Shown: in pieces, positions 1 through 9,199 of the stretch
Layout: each line of letters begins with the position of its first letter
Position numbering within the stretch: the first letter of the stretch is position 1
Source of the DNA: Octopus bimaculoides
Taxonomy: Eukaryota
Assembly (NCBI RefSeq): GCF_001194135.2
Contig: NC_068981.1
Span: forward strand, 34,684,677 to 34,723,717
Direction: 5' to 3'
Length of the DNA: 39,041 bases
The notes under the pieces: generated by a model
The model's database searches: none
Told to the model about the DNA's origin: nothing
Seen by the model: the letters and a program-made list of their open reading frames with translations, nothing else
Program-made: the position numbers and the translations under genes

Positions 1-79
1 AAAGAAAGGAAAAAATGAAACGCAAGATGTACCACCGCTTGTGAGAGACACACATACATACATACATGTACGCATGGTA

Positions 80-184
80 TGTATATATATACATTTACAA
101 GTATATATACATGTGTGTAATGTGTGTATATATATACATTTACAAGTATATATACATGTGTGTAATGTGTGTATATATATACAC
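80..184. repeat. 45-bp tandem repeat (about 2.3 copies) in TA/TG-rich sequence
   Basis: The unit tgtatatatatacatttacaagtatatatacatgtgtgtaatgtg recurs. It shows as CIYIHLQVYIHVCNV twice in the ORF track. Confidence 0.85.
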
Positions 185-558
185 TTTCACACGCACTCAA
201 TGAGAATGAGAGGAGACGAAGAGAGAGGGAGAGAGAGAGAGAGAGGGTGAGATAGTGAAGCCATTCATTGCATTGTTGCTTGACCTCATTCCATGCTTCT
301 TAGCCTCTAGCGAACCGCATCCCTTCCCGCGTTAACATAGATTCTGGTTCCTATAGGGAGATGGAAATGGTTTTAACAGAGTGGACAAGTCTGAACAGGG
401 AAAATGCCTTGAGATAGAAAATACCACGGAGAGTGGGATGATGTTTTGATAAGATCTAAATTTGACAGTGTGTTAACGAATTGTAATTAATGAACTCGTG
501 CCAGGGCACCAGTCACAGAGAACATATATTTCACTCTGTGAATCAACGTTCTGTTGAT

Positions 559-1436
559 TACTCTTTTTACTTGTTTCAGTCATTTGACTGCGGCCATGCT
601 GGAGCACCGCCTTTAGTCGAGCAAATCGACCCCGAGACTTATTCTTTTTGGAAGCCTAGTACTTATTCTATCAGTCTCTTTTGCCGAACCGCTAAGTTAC
701 GAGGACGTAAACACACCACCATCGGTTGTCAAGCGATGTTGGNNNNNNNNNNNNNNNNNNNNNNNNNNNNNNNNNNNNNNNNNNNNNNNNNNNNNNNNNN
801 NNNNNNNNNNNNNNNNNNNNNNNNNNNNNNNNNNNNNNNNNNNNNNNNNNNNNNNNNNNNNNNNNNNNNNNNNNNNNNNNNNNNNNNNNNNNNNNNNNNN
901 NNNNNNNNNNNNNNNNNNNNNNNNNNNNNNNNNNNNNNNNNNNNNNNNNNNNNNNNNNNNNNNNNNNNNNNNNNNNNNNNNNNNNNNNNNNNNNNNNNNN
1001 NNNNNNNNNNNNNNNNNNNNNNNNNNNNNNNNNNNNNNNNNNNNNNNNNNNNNNNNNNNNNNNNNNNNNNNNNNNNNNNNNNNNNNNNNNNNNNNNNNNN
1101 NNNNNNNNNNNNNNNNNNNNNNNNNNNNNNNNNNNNNNNNNNNNNNNNNNNNNNNNNNNNNNNNNNNNNNNNNNNNNNNNNNNNNNNNNNNNNNNNNNNN
1201 NNNNNNNNNNNNNNNNNNNNNNNNNNNNNNNNNNNNNNNNAAAAAAAATATATATATATATACATATATACGACGGGCTTCTTTCAGTTTCCGTCTACCA
1301 AATCCACTCACAAGGCTTTGGTCGGCCCGAGGCTACAGCAGAAGACACTTGCCCAAGGTGCCATGCAGTGGGGATGAACCCGGAACCATGTGGTTGGTAA
1401 GCAAGCTACCTACCACACAGCCACTCCTGCGCCTAT
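559..1436 (-). mobile_element. SINE family A (tRNA-like head, CORE-like segment, internal microsatellite), full length, with the internal microsatellite spanned by N-gap 743-1240
   Basis: Reverse complement of the copy at 14498-14912: head aggcgcaggagtggctgtgtgg and 3' tail aagtaaaaagagta. Octopus tRNA-derived SINEs (OR/OK types) are known, but the exact family name is not verified. Confidence 0.9.
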
Positions 1437-1536
1437 ATTGTTAAGATTGGTCATTTAGTAAGTACCAATGAATTACGAATATTGATTACTTTAAAGAGTG
1501 GGCACAATTACTTGTGCCCCATGCAATGTGCCACCG

Positions 1537-1678
1537 CGATCGACCGAGTAGTTAGGGTATAATACTCATGATCGCAAGACCACGGTTTCGATTCCAGGAC
1601 ACGTCGAAGCGCTGTGTTCTTCAGCAAAGCACTTCACTTTACGTTGCTTCACTTCACTTAGTTGTAAATAAATCAGTG
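1537..1678 (+). mobile_element. SINE family E, degenerate 5' fragment
   Basis: gtagttagggt...ctcatgatcg...tttcgattccaggac...gcaaagcacttcacttttacgttgc aligns with the head of the 22061 copy. Confidence 0.7.
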
Positions 1679-1978
1679 CATGAGAGAATTAAATACGAAT
1701 ATAAGATCGTAGGTTTTATAAAGACTTTTAAAGGTTTCTGAAATTATGAAACGGATTCTAAATTTCAAAATGAAGGATTAAAATTGATATAGATAGTATT
1801 ATGAAAAACTTCTAAAAAGAGTAATTGGGAAAGTAGCTTTGAAAAGTTTTAGTATCACACATCTAAGCGATTTTCATGCAGAGAGTTTAAATTTTAGTTT
1901 AAAATGCTAAGTCGTCACCTGCAATCGAGCATGAACAGACAGTTTGTACCAAGCTTTTGCTAATTGTCTATGTAGCTG

Positions 1979-2355
1979 TGTGGAGGCGCAATGGCCCAGT
2001 GGTTAGGGCAGCGGACTCGCGGTCATAGGATCGCAGTTTCGATTCCCAGACCGGGCGTTGTGAGTGTTTATTGAGCGAAAACACCTAAAGCTCCACGAGG
2101 CTCCGACAGGGGATGGTGGCGAACCCTGTTGTACTCTTTCACCACAACTTTCTCTCACTCTTACTTCCTGTTTCTGTTGTGCCTGTATTTCAAAGGGTCA
2201 GCCTTGTCACACACTGTGTCACGCTGAATATCCCCGAGAACTACGTTAAGGGTACACGTGTCTGTGGAGTGATCAGCCACTTGCACGTTAATTTCACGAA
2301 CAGGCTGTTCCGTTGATCGACGTCGTAAGCGACGGAGTGCCAACAACAACAACAA
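1979..2355 (+). mobile_element. SINE family D (tRNA-derived, (CAA)n tail), full length with 11-bp TSD
   Basis: A-box tggcccagtggttagg, B-box gtttcgattccc and (caa)5 tail. TSD ctatgtagctg at 1968-1978 and 2356-2366. Near-identical copies lie at 24923 and 28199. Confidence 0.92.
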
Positions 2356-2474
2356 CTATGTAGCTGGGAACAAACATGGACACACTCTCGACCCTCGCAC
2401 CCTTGACTCCGTGGAACATCGGGGATGGGACAACTAGTGAGAGAAAGAGAGGGGTTACAATAGCAGCCACTTAA

Positions 2475-2751
2475 CCCATTACCTCCCATAATTCTATTAA
2501 CTGGAATTTTTTCATGAAACTTTGATTTCTAGCATAAAACAGCCTTAGAAACCTGCTGGAATGATCAAAATAGCATTTTAAATAGAAATAAGCGAGATAT
2601 TGGGTGAAAAGTTAGCAAACCTCATTTGAATATCAGAGAAATATACCTAGTAGATATAGCAAAACGGTTAGATATGTGTAAATATTGACAGATAATTACG
2701 AAATTTGTAATTTTTAAGTGATCTCATATGAGATCACTGGTAGGTAATGGG
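2475..2751. mobile_element. piggyBac-type non-autonomous element (MITE), 277 bp
   Basis: TTAA at 2471-2474 and 2752-2755. The 14-bp TIR is cccattacctccca versus tggtaggtaatggg (one mismatch), giving CCC...GGG termini. Confidence 0.8.
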
Positions 2752-2761
2752 TTAATACTTA

Positions 2762-2888
2762 TTTTCAGTTGAGAAGACTGAAGCAATGGGAAATAAAGAC
2801 CATGCTCAAAAACAACTCACCACTCTGTCCAGGAATCGAGCTCAGGGCTTTGTGATCGTGAACATTACACGCTAACTTCTTCGCCACG
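2762..2888 (-). mobile_element. SINE family E, degenerate 5' fragment
   Basis: The reverse complement reads cgtggcgagaagttagcg...cacgatc...ctcgattcctggac...tttttgagc...cattgcttcagtc, matching the family E head. Confidence 0.65.
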
Positions 2889-3216
2889 AAGTTGTAAAAT
2901 ATCCTAAGTAATGCTAAGGCGAAAATTAGGCTTTATAAAACCTAAGTTTACATTTTTCTTGTTTTCTGTTTTTCTTCTTGGTAGTGCGCATATTTAAGAA
3001 TATTGTCCACCAGACAATATCAATACGAATATATATTAGAACAAAATTTATACGTTAAATACACGGTCATTTAAAAATGTGTTGCTTGATATTGTTTGAA
3101 ATCAAATATGTAATACAGTGACACATACACACATATATATGTACGTACATATACATACATACATACGTACATACACACACACATACATACATACATACAT
3201 ACATACATACATAGTA

Positions 3217-3448
3217 TGGCGGTGAGCTGGCAGAAACGTTAGCACGCCGGGCGAAATGCTTAGCGGTATTTCGCCTGCCGCTACGTTCTGAGTTCAAATT
3301 CCGCCGAGGTCGACTTTGCCTTTCATCCTTTCGAGGTCGATTAAATAAGTACCAGTTACGCACTGGGGTCGATATAATCGACTTAATCCGTTTGTCTGTG
3401 CTTGTTTGTCCCCTCTGTGCGTAGCCCCTTGTGGGTAATAAAGAAATA
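3217..3448 (+). mobile_element. SINE family B, tail type B1, full length
   Basis: ggcggtgagctggcagaaacgttagc (A-box-like), gagttcaaattccgcc (B-box), gcctttcatcctttcgaggtcg and tail gcccctttgtggg-like ending taataaagaaata. Preceded by (CATA)n. Confidence 0.9.
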
Positions 3449-3464
3449 ATAAATACATACATAC

Positions 3465-3595
3465 AGACCGATAGAATAAGTACTAGGTTTCCAAAGAATA
3501 AGTCCTGGGGTCGATTTGCTCGACTAAAGGCGGTGCTCCAGCATGGCCACAGTCAAAAGCCTGAAACAAGTAAAAGAGTAAAAGAGTAAAGAGTA
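3465..3595 (+). mobile_element. SINE family A, 3' fragment
   Basis: gaccgatagaataagtactagg...ggcggtgctccagcatggcc...aaacaagtaaaagagtaaaagagta matches the family A 3' end. Confidence 0.88.
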
Positions 3596-4643
3596 TACAT
3601 ACATACAAAAATACCCTGTTGTTGATGTTGAAATTCCAATGAAGGAGCCTTAGACCTAGGTTAGAAACCGGCTCTTTCTTTATTGGCAAGAAATCTTGAC
3701 ATAAAACTGAATAATTGACATATATACATACATACATACATACATACATACAATATGAATAAACGAGAATTAGAATAAGCATTCATCATATTAACGGTTA
3801 TAGTTATTAATTTTATTAAAAGAAAGAAAAAAAAATTAGAATCTTGCTGAAAATAACTTATAGTATAAAGTTCTACTGTAACTGTATTTATAAATGGACA
3901 AAAAAATGTTTTAGTAGCGAAAATTTTCAGTAAAATTAATTAATATCAAACAGCGGGTGGTGTATATTGGAAATTATTTAGATACAAAAAATATGTACAG
4001 AACGTCCTTCTCGAAGTTAATTTGTGAAAGAAAGTGAAGTTTAATCTAGGTATTAAATTTTGAAGGAAAACAAAAATTATAAAATTTCAGAATATTAATA
4101 TAAAGAATTACAAAATTTATGTTTTAATTAATATTTTAATTTAAAAGAATTAGCCGTAAAAATTATATAAAATAACATTTTGTGTTGTAATATTGTGTCA
4201 AATTAATTATATATATGTGTGTATATACTACAGGTTGTTACTAAGTAAAACTTTGGTGCATAGTAGAACAAAGGTTTTAATTAATTAAAAATAATATAAA
4301 GAAGCTATATATCAAATTCAACAAAAATGTGTAAAAATGAATGCAAGTATGTGAACCCGAGTACAAGCTACAAATGAGATTTGGATATTATATTTGCATT
4401 AGGAAAGTGGTAAACTTCACAACTGTAACTGTTACACTGGCTAAACAAATACAACGCTCTTTCACTGACTACATTGTGATTACAGTTACTCGCTTACAAC
4501 AAGGAGTAACAGCAATGTGCTACATTACACAACATAGAAAAACATTGATAAGCAACACATGTATACTATAAAGAATTCTGAGAGTAATATTCACAGCACA
4601 ACACAATACTAAAACAAACAGAAACTATACACTAAGTACTTAC

Positions 4644-4685
4644 AAAACAAATACCCAACAGAAGCTCTCGAATCCCAGCGATCAT
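4644..4685 (-). CDS. Candidate start-codon exon encoding MIAGIRELLLGICF (signal-peptide-like), unknown gene
   Basis: On the minus strand, aaaATG has an in-frame TAA five codons upstream, then 14 codons, then a strong phase-0 donor TTT|GTAAGT. No downstream exon was identified. Confidence 0.35.
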
Positions 4686-4766
4686 TTTCTCTACCAATTA
4701 TTTGGGTTTTGTATATAATTTAAAAACTTGGCAACAAATGCCACTGCTACTTCATTCAAAAGTTGA

Positions 4767-4928
4767 GGCTGGAAGTGCATGATGATGTGGTAAGAAGTTT
4801 GCTCCCCAACCACATAGTTCCGGGTTCAGTCTTACTGCGTGACACCTTGGGAAAGTGTCTTCAACTTTAGCCTCGGGCCGACCAAAGCTTTGTAAATTAA
4901 TTTAGTAGAGGGAAACTGAAAAAAGCCC

Positions 4929-4962
<34 letters not shown>

Positions 4963-5083
4963 GGAGGGGGTATTTTTGCACCTGTGTTTGTTCCTCCCCC
5001 CTCCACACCACTTGACAACCGGAGTTTATGTCATCGCAAATTAGCGGTTCGGCAAAAATAACCGATAGAATAAGTCCAAGGGT
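4767..5083 (+). mobile_element. SINE family A with internal (TG)n, 3' end lost in a gap
   Basis: tccgggttcagtc...caccttgggaaagtgtctt...ggaaactgaaaaaagccc (TG)n ...ttagcggttcggcaaaa-accgatagaataag. Confidence 0.88.
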
Positions 5084-5521
5084 NNNNNNNNNNNNNNNNN
5101 NNNNNNNNNNNNNNNNNNNNNNNNNNNNNNNNNNNNNNNNNNNNNNNNNNNNNNNNNNNNNNNNNNNNNNNNNNNNNNNNNNNNNNNNNNNNNNNNNNNN
5201 NNNNNNNNNNNNNNNNNNNNNNNNNNNNNNNNNNNNNNNNNNNNNNNNNNNNNNNNNNNNNNNNNNNNNNNNNNNNNNNNNNNNNNNNNNNNNNNNNNNN
5301 NNNNNNNNNNNNNNNNNNNNNNNNNNNNNNNNNNNNNNNNNNNNNNNNNNNNNNNNNNNNNNNNNNNNNNNNNNNNNNNNNNNNNNNNNNNNNNNNNNNN
5401 NNNNNNNNNNNNNNNNNNNNNNNNNNNNNNNNNNNNNNNNNNNNNNNNNNNNNNNNNNNNNNNNNNNNNNNNNNNNNNNNNNNNNNNNNNNNNNNNNNNN
5501 NNNNNNNNNNNNNNNNNNNNN

Positions 5522-6500
5522 GTAATTGGTACTTAATTTATCGACCCTGAAAGGATGAATGGCAAAGTCGACCTCGGCGGAATTTGAACTCAGAACATAA
5601 CGGCAGACGAAATACCACTAAGCATTTCGCCCGGCGTGCTAACGTTTCTGCCAGGTCGTCGCCGCCTTTAAATAATCTCTTCTACTGTAGGCACAAAACC
5701 CGAAATTTTGGGGGAGGGCGCCAGTCGATTAGATCGACCCAGTATGCAACTGCTACTTAATTTATCGACCCCAAAAGGATGAAAGGCAAAGTCGACCTCG
5801 GTGGAATATGAACTCAGAACATAACAGATAGACGAAATACCACTAAGCATTTCACCTGGCATGCTAACGTTTTTTTTATTTCTTTATTGCCCACAAGGGG
5901 CTAAACATAGAGGGGAAAAACAAGGACAGGCAAAGGGATTAAGTGGATTACTGGTACTTAATTTATCGACTCCAAAAGGATGAAAAGCAAAGTCGACCAT
6001 GGCGGAATTTGAACTCAGAACATAAAGACAGACGAAATACCGCTAAGCATTTCACCTGGCGTGCTAACGTTTCTACCAGCTCGCCGCCTCACATTATAAT
6101 ATTATTAGCAGTACTGAAGGTGGTGAGCAAGCAGAGTCGTTCACACGCCAGACAAAATGCTTAGCGGCATTTCGCCCGTCTTCACGTTCTAAGTTCAAAT
6201 GACACCGACGTCGACTTTGCCTTTCACCCTTTCGGGGTTGATAAAATGAGTACCAACTAAGCACTGGGGTCGTTGTAATCGACTTACCCGAAATTGCTGG
6301 CCTTGTGCTAAAACTTGAAAGTGATATCATTAGCAGTAGTGAAGGTGGCAGAACCGTTAACACGCCGGACGATATGCCGCTTTACGTTCTGAGTTCAAAT
6401 ACTACCCAGATTGATTTTGACTACCATACATTTGCGATCGATGAAAATATAAGTTAAGCACTGGGGTCGATGTAATCGACTAATCTCCCCCTCCAAAAGA
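5522..6500. mobile_element. Cluster of five family B SINE copies: three on minus (5522-5665, 5668-5870, 5877-6089) and two on plus (6117-6325, about 6343-6500)
   Basis: The motif aaggatgaaaggcaaagtcgacctcggcggaatttgaactcagaac recurs on one side and its reverse complement on the other. Confidence 0.88.
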
Positions 6501-6943
6501 ATTATTAGTAGCACTATTGCAAAGCTGAAAAGTCAGGTGTCTGCCGATTTGGTTGTGCTAGGTTCCTGACACCTCTGTTCTGTTAAACAAGTTCAGGAAT
6601 TCCATTTTCGCATACAAAGCTTGTTGCAGTAGCGCAGTTATTTATGTACTTTTGCTGCGCTAAGATATGAAGATAGGCGCAGATGAGAGATGACAATTGT
6701 CCCGTAACAAACATAAAAAAAAGTATAGGGATAGTAAGATGACAAATGTATGTATGAGTGCAAAATTACTGTATGAATGTGCGAGTGTATAAAGTGCGCA
6801 TGTGTGGAGTCGTGTGCCTTACGTAAAGATGAATGGAGAAATACGAGATCGTGTTTAAATGAAATTGTATAAGAGTGTTTACATGGTGTTGAGTGAGCTG
6901 TACTTGTGTGTGCGTGTCTATAGGTTGCGTTCGAATGCACAGC

Positions 6944-6944
<1 letters not shown>

Positions 6945-6982
<38 letters not shown>
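6945..6982. repeat. (GT)n microsatellite in a TG-rich tract
   Basis: Perfect dinucleotide run. Confidence 0.95.
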
Positions 6983-7005
<23 letters not shown>

Positions 7006-7209
7006 TTAAGGATATAATAGAGATATAACACTGTGCAGGTGGATGACTGTGTGCTTGCTATTAAATGTGTGTTTACGTATGTGAATACGTCGCTCGTACT
7101 ATATGAATAATTGCATCACGTAAAAGAATTATATATATATAAACCAGTGTGTGTGTGCGTGCGTACGTGTGTGTGTGTGCGTCTGCTCACGCGTGTATGT
7201 ATGAATGTG

Positions 7210-7762
7210 TTTGCTTCTCAACTACATGATTCCGGGTTCGGTTCCACTGCGTGGCACATAGGGCAATTGTCTTCTACAACAGCCACAGGTTGACCAAATC
7301 TTTGTAAGTAGATTTGGCAGAAAGAAACTGAAAGAAGCCCAAAAGCCCGTCTATATATATATATATATATATACATATCTATATCTATCTATATGTAACT
7401 ACATGTGGACTGTTGGCGATTCTTTTCCTCCTCCTCCTTCCTTTTCTTTTGAACTTTCCTTATGTCTCCTGTTTCCGAAGAAGAGCTTTGCTCGAAATGT
7501 AAGACAACCACTCTTTCTTTCCTTCTCTGAGTGTCCTATTAATACTTTTCATGTATGTGTTTGTCCCCACCACTGTTTGACCAACGGCGTTGGTGTTTAC
7601 GTCCCCGTAACATAGCGGTTCGGCAAAAGAGGCGGATAGAATAAGTATCAGGCTTTAAAAAAAAATATACTCTGGATTTGGTCGCCTAAATATTTTCAAG
7701 GCGGTGCCCCAGCATGGCCGCAGTCTAATGACTGAAATCAGCAAAAGATAATAGATGAAAGA
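7210..7762 (+). mobile_element. SINE family A copy carrying an extra insert of about 160 bp (7395-7552) in its internal (TA)n
   Basis: The family A 5' half, (TA)n, a foreign pyrimidine-rich segment, then the family A 3' half (cgtccccgtaacatagcggttcggcaaaag...ccagcatggccgcagtc). Confidence 0.82.
7470..7506 (+). ncRNA. Minimal type I hammerhead-ribozyme-like motif (Penelope-type), variant core
   Basis: Helix I TGTTT/AGACA, core CCGAAGA (U4C), one extra A, helix II GAGC-TTT-GCTC, GAAA, minimal helix III and GUA cleavage triplet. Confidence 0.55.
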
Positions 7763-7791
7763 TATATCCGCACACGTGTATAAGTGTAGAT

Positions 7792-8366
7792 CAGTACTTC
7801 TCAACCTATTTTCACTCAGGTCCTTCTATAACTTTCCAGAAAAATATATACCCCAATGGTGGTTGGAAAAAAAACAACAACTTTATTTTTAATGTTTTAT
7901 TACAATTATTTAATACAAAAGGAGGTACTTTTGGGTTTCCTCACCCCCATTAAAAAATTGCCATTAAAAAATTGCCATTAAAAAACTGGGTTATCTCCCC
8001 TCTAAACTATTGAGTTTATGTGGCGACAAGAGATTGAATTAAAAGGGATGGATCCTTTTGATTCAATACTTCAACACATTGTTGACTTTTGGCCTCTTCA
8101 ATAAGCATAATATGGTTTGTTATAAAAATGTTATTAGATTCAATACGATGTTTTTTTTTAGTTTTGTATGATTTGTTATAAAAATATTATCAGATTCAAT
8201 AAGACGTCTAAGCTTTTCGCTTTTCATGTTTATTAATTTTTTCATTTTTTTTTATTGAGGGTTAAGCAATATTTTTTAGTTGGGGGAGATAACCCAATTT
8301 TTTAACGGGGGTGAGATAACCAAAGGGTACCCCCCAAAAAATTACCAGTAACTCTTTTAAGTACTG
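7792..8366. mobile_element. Putative non-autonomous DNA element with long internal inverted arms (foldback/MITE-like)
   Basis: Arm 7921-8012 is an imperfect reverse complement of 8267-8333. The outer 8-bp inverted ends are cagtactt and aagtactg. No TSD was found. Confidence 0.55.
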
Positions 8367-8678
8367 AGTACANNNNNNNNNNNNNNNNNNNNNNNNNNNN
8401 NNNNNNNNNNNNNNNNNNNNNNNNNNNNNNNNNNNNNNNNNNNNNNNNNNNNNNNNNNNNNNNNNNNNNNNNNNNNNNNNNNNNNNNNNNNNNNNNNNNN
8501 NNNNNNNNNNNNNNNNNNNNNNNNNNNNNNNNNNNNNNNNNNNNNNNNNNNNNNNNNNNNNNNNNNNNNNNNNNNNNNNNNNNNNNNNNNNNNNNNNNNN
8601 NNNNNNNNNNNNNNNNNNNNNNNNNNNNNNNNNNNNNNNNNNNNNNNNNNNNNNNNNNNNNNNNNNNNNNNNNNNNNN

Positions 8679-8910
8679 TGTGTGTGTGTGTGTGTGTGTA
8701 TGTGTGTATGTTTGTGTGTCTGTGTTTGTCCCCCCAACACCGCTTGACAACCGATGGTGGTGTGTTTACATCCCCGTAACTTAGAGACCGATAGAATAAG
8801 TACTAGGCTTACAAAGAATAAGTCCTGGGGTCGATTTGCTCGACTAAAAGCCGGTGCTCCAGCATGGCTGCTGTCAAATGACTGAAACAAGTAAAGGAGT
8901 AAAAGAGTAA
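8679..8910 (+). mobile_element. SINE family A, 3' half (from internal (TG)n), 5' half lost in a gap
   Basis: (TG)n ...ccgcttgacaaccgatggtggtgtgtttacatccccgtaactt...gagtaaaagagta. Confidence 0.88.
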
Positions 8911-9199
8911 CTAAGAAACTGAATCTCGTTAATGAGAACCTTGTAACTGGCGACTATGGTAGATTTCCTTGATTTGAGGAAGCAATTTTGCTAGCTTCAG
9001 TCATAGCATTAGAATAAGCGTTATACTGTAACATTCTTCACACAGCATGCTTGGCTGGAGGAATTGGTTTAGCAAGGCTGAGTTTAGGCTGTGAAAAAAT
9101 GATTTTCACGATTCCGTGTCCCACTAGGAAAACAAGAAAAACAATTTTTGGACCCATGCCCCACCACAAGTTTCCTAGGCCTCACTTGTGAGGTATATG

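Noticed and set aside
490-1400. Long ORFs of 150-295 aa in the track that span N-gaps (also at 5028, 8262, 9627-10651, 17991, 22288, 25999 and 33925)
   Set aside because: Their length comes from X runs. The flanking residues are SINE or microsatellite translations.
1979-2060. tRNA-like A and B boxes (also in family A, B and E heads)
   Set aside because: They are SINE heads continuous with repeat bodies. No complete cloverleaf tRNA gene is supported.
2064-2355. ORFs MFIERKHLKLHEAP... and MVANPVVLFHHN..., repeated at 28265-28514
   Set aside because: These are incidental translations of family D SINE copies, not a duplicated gene.
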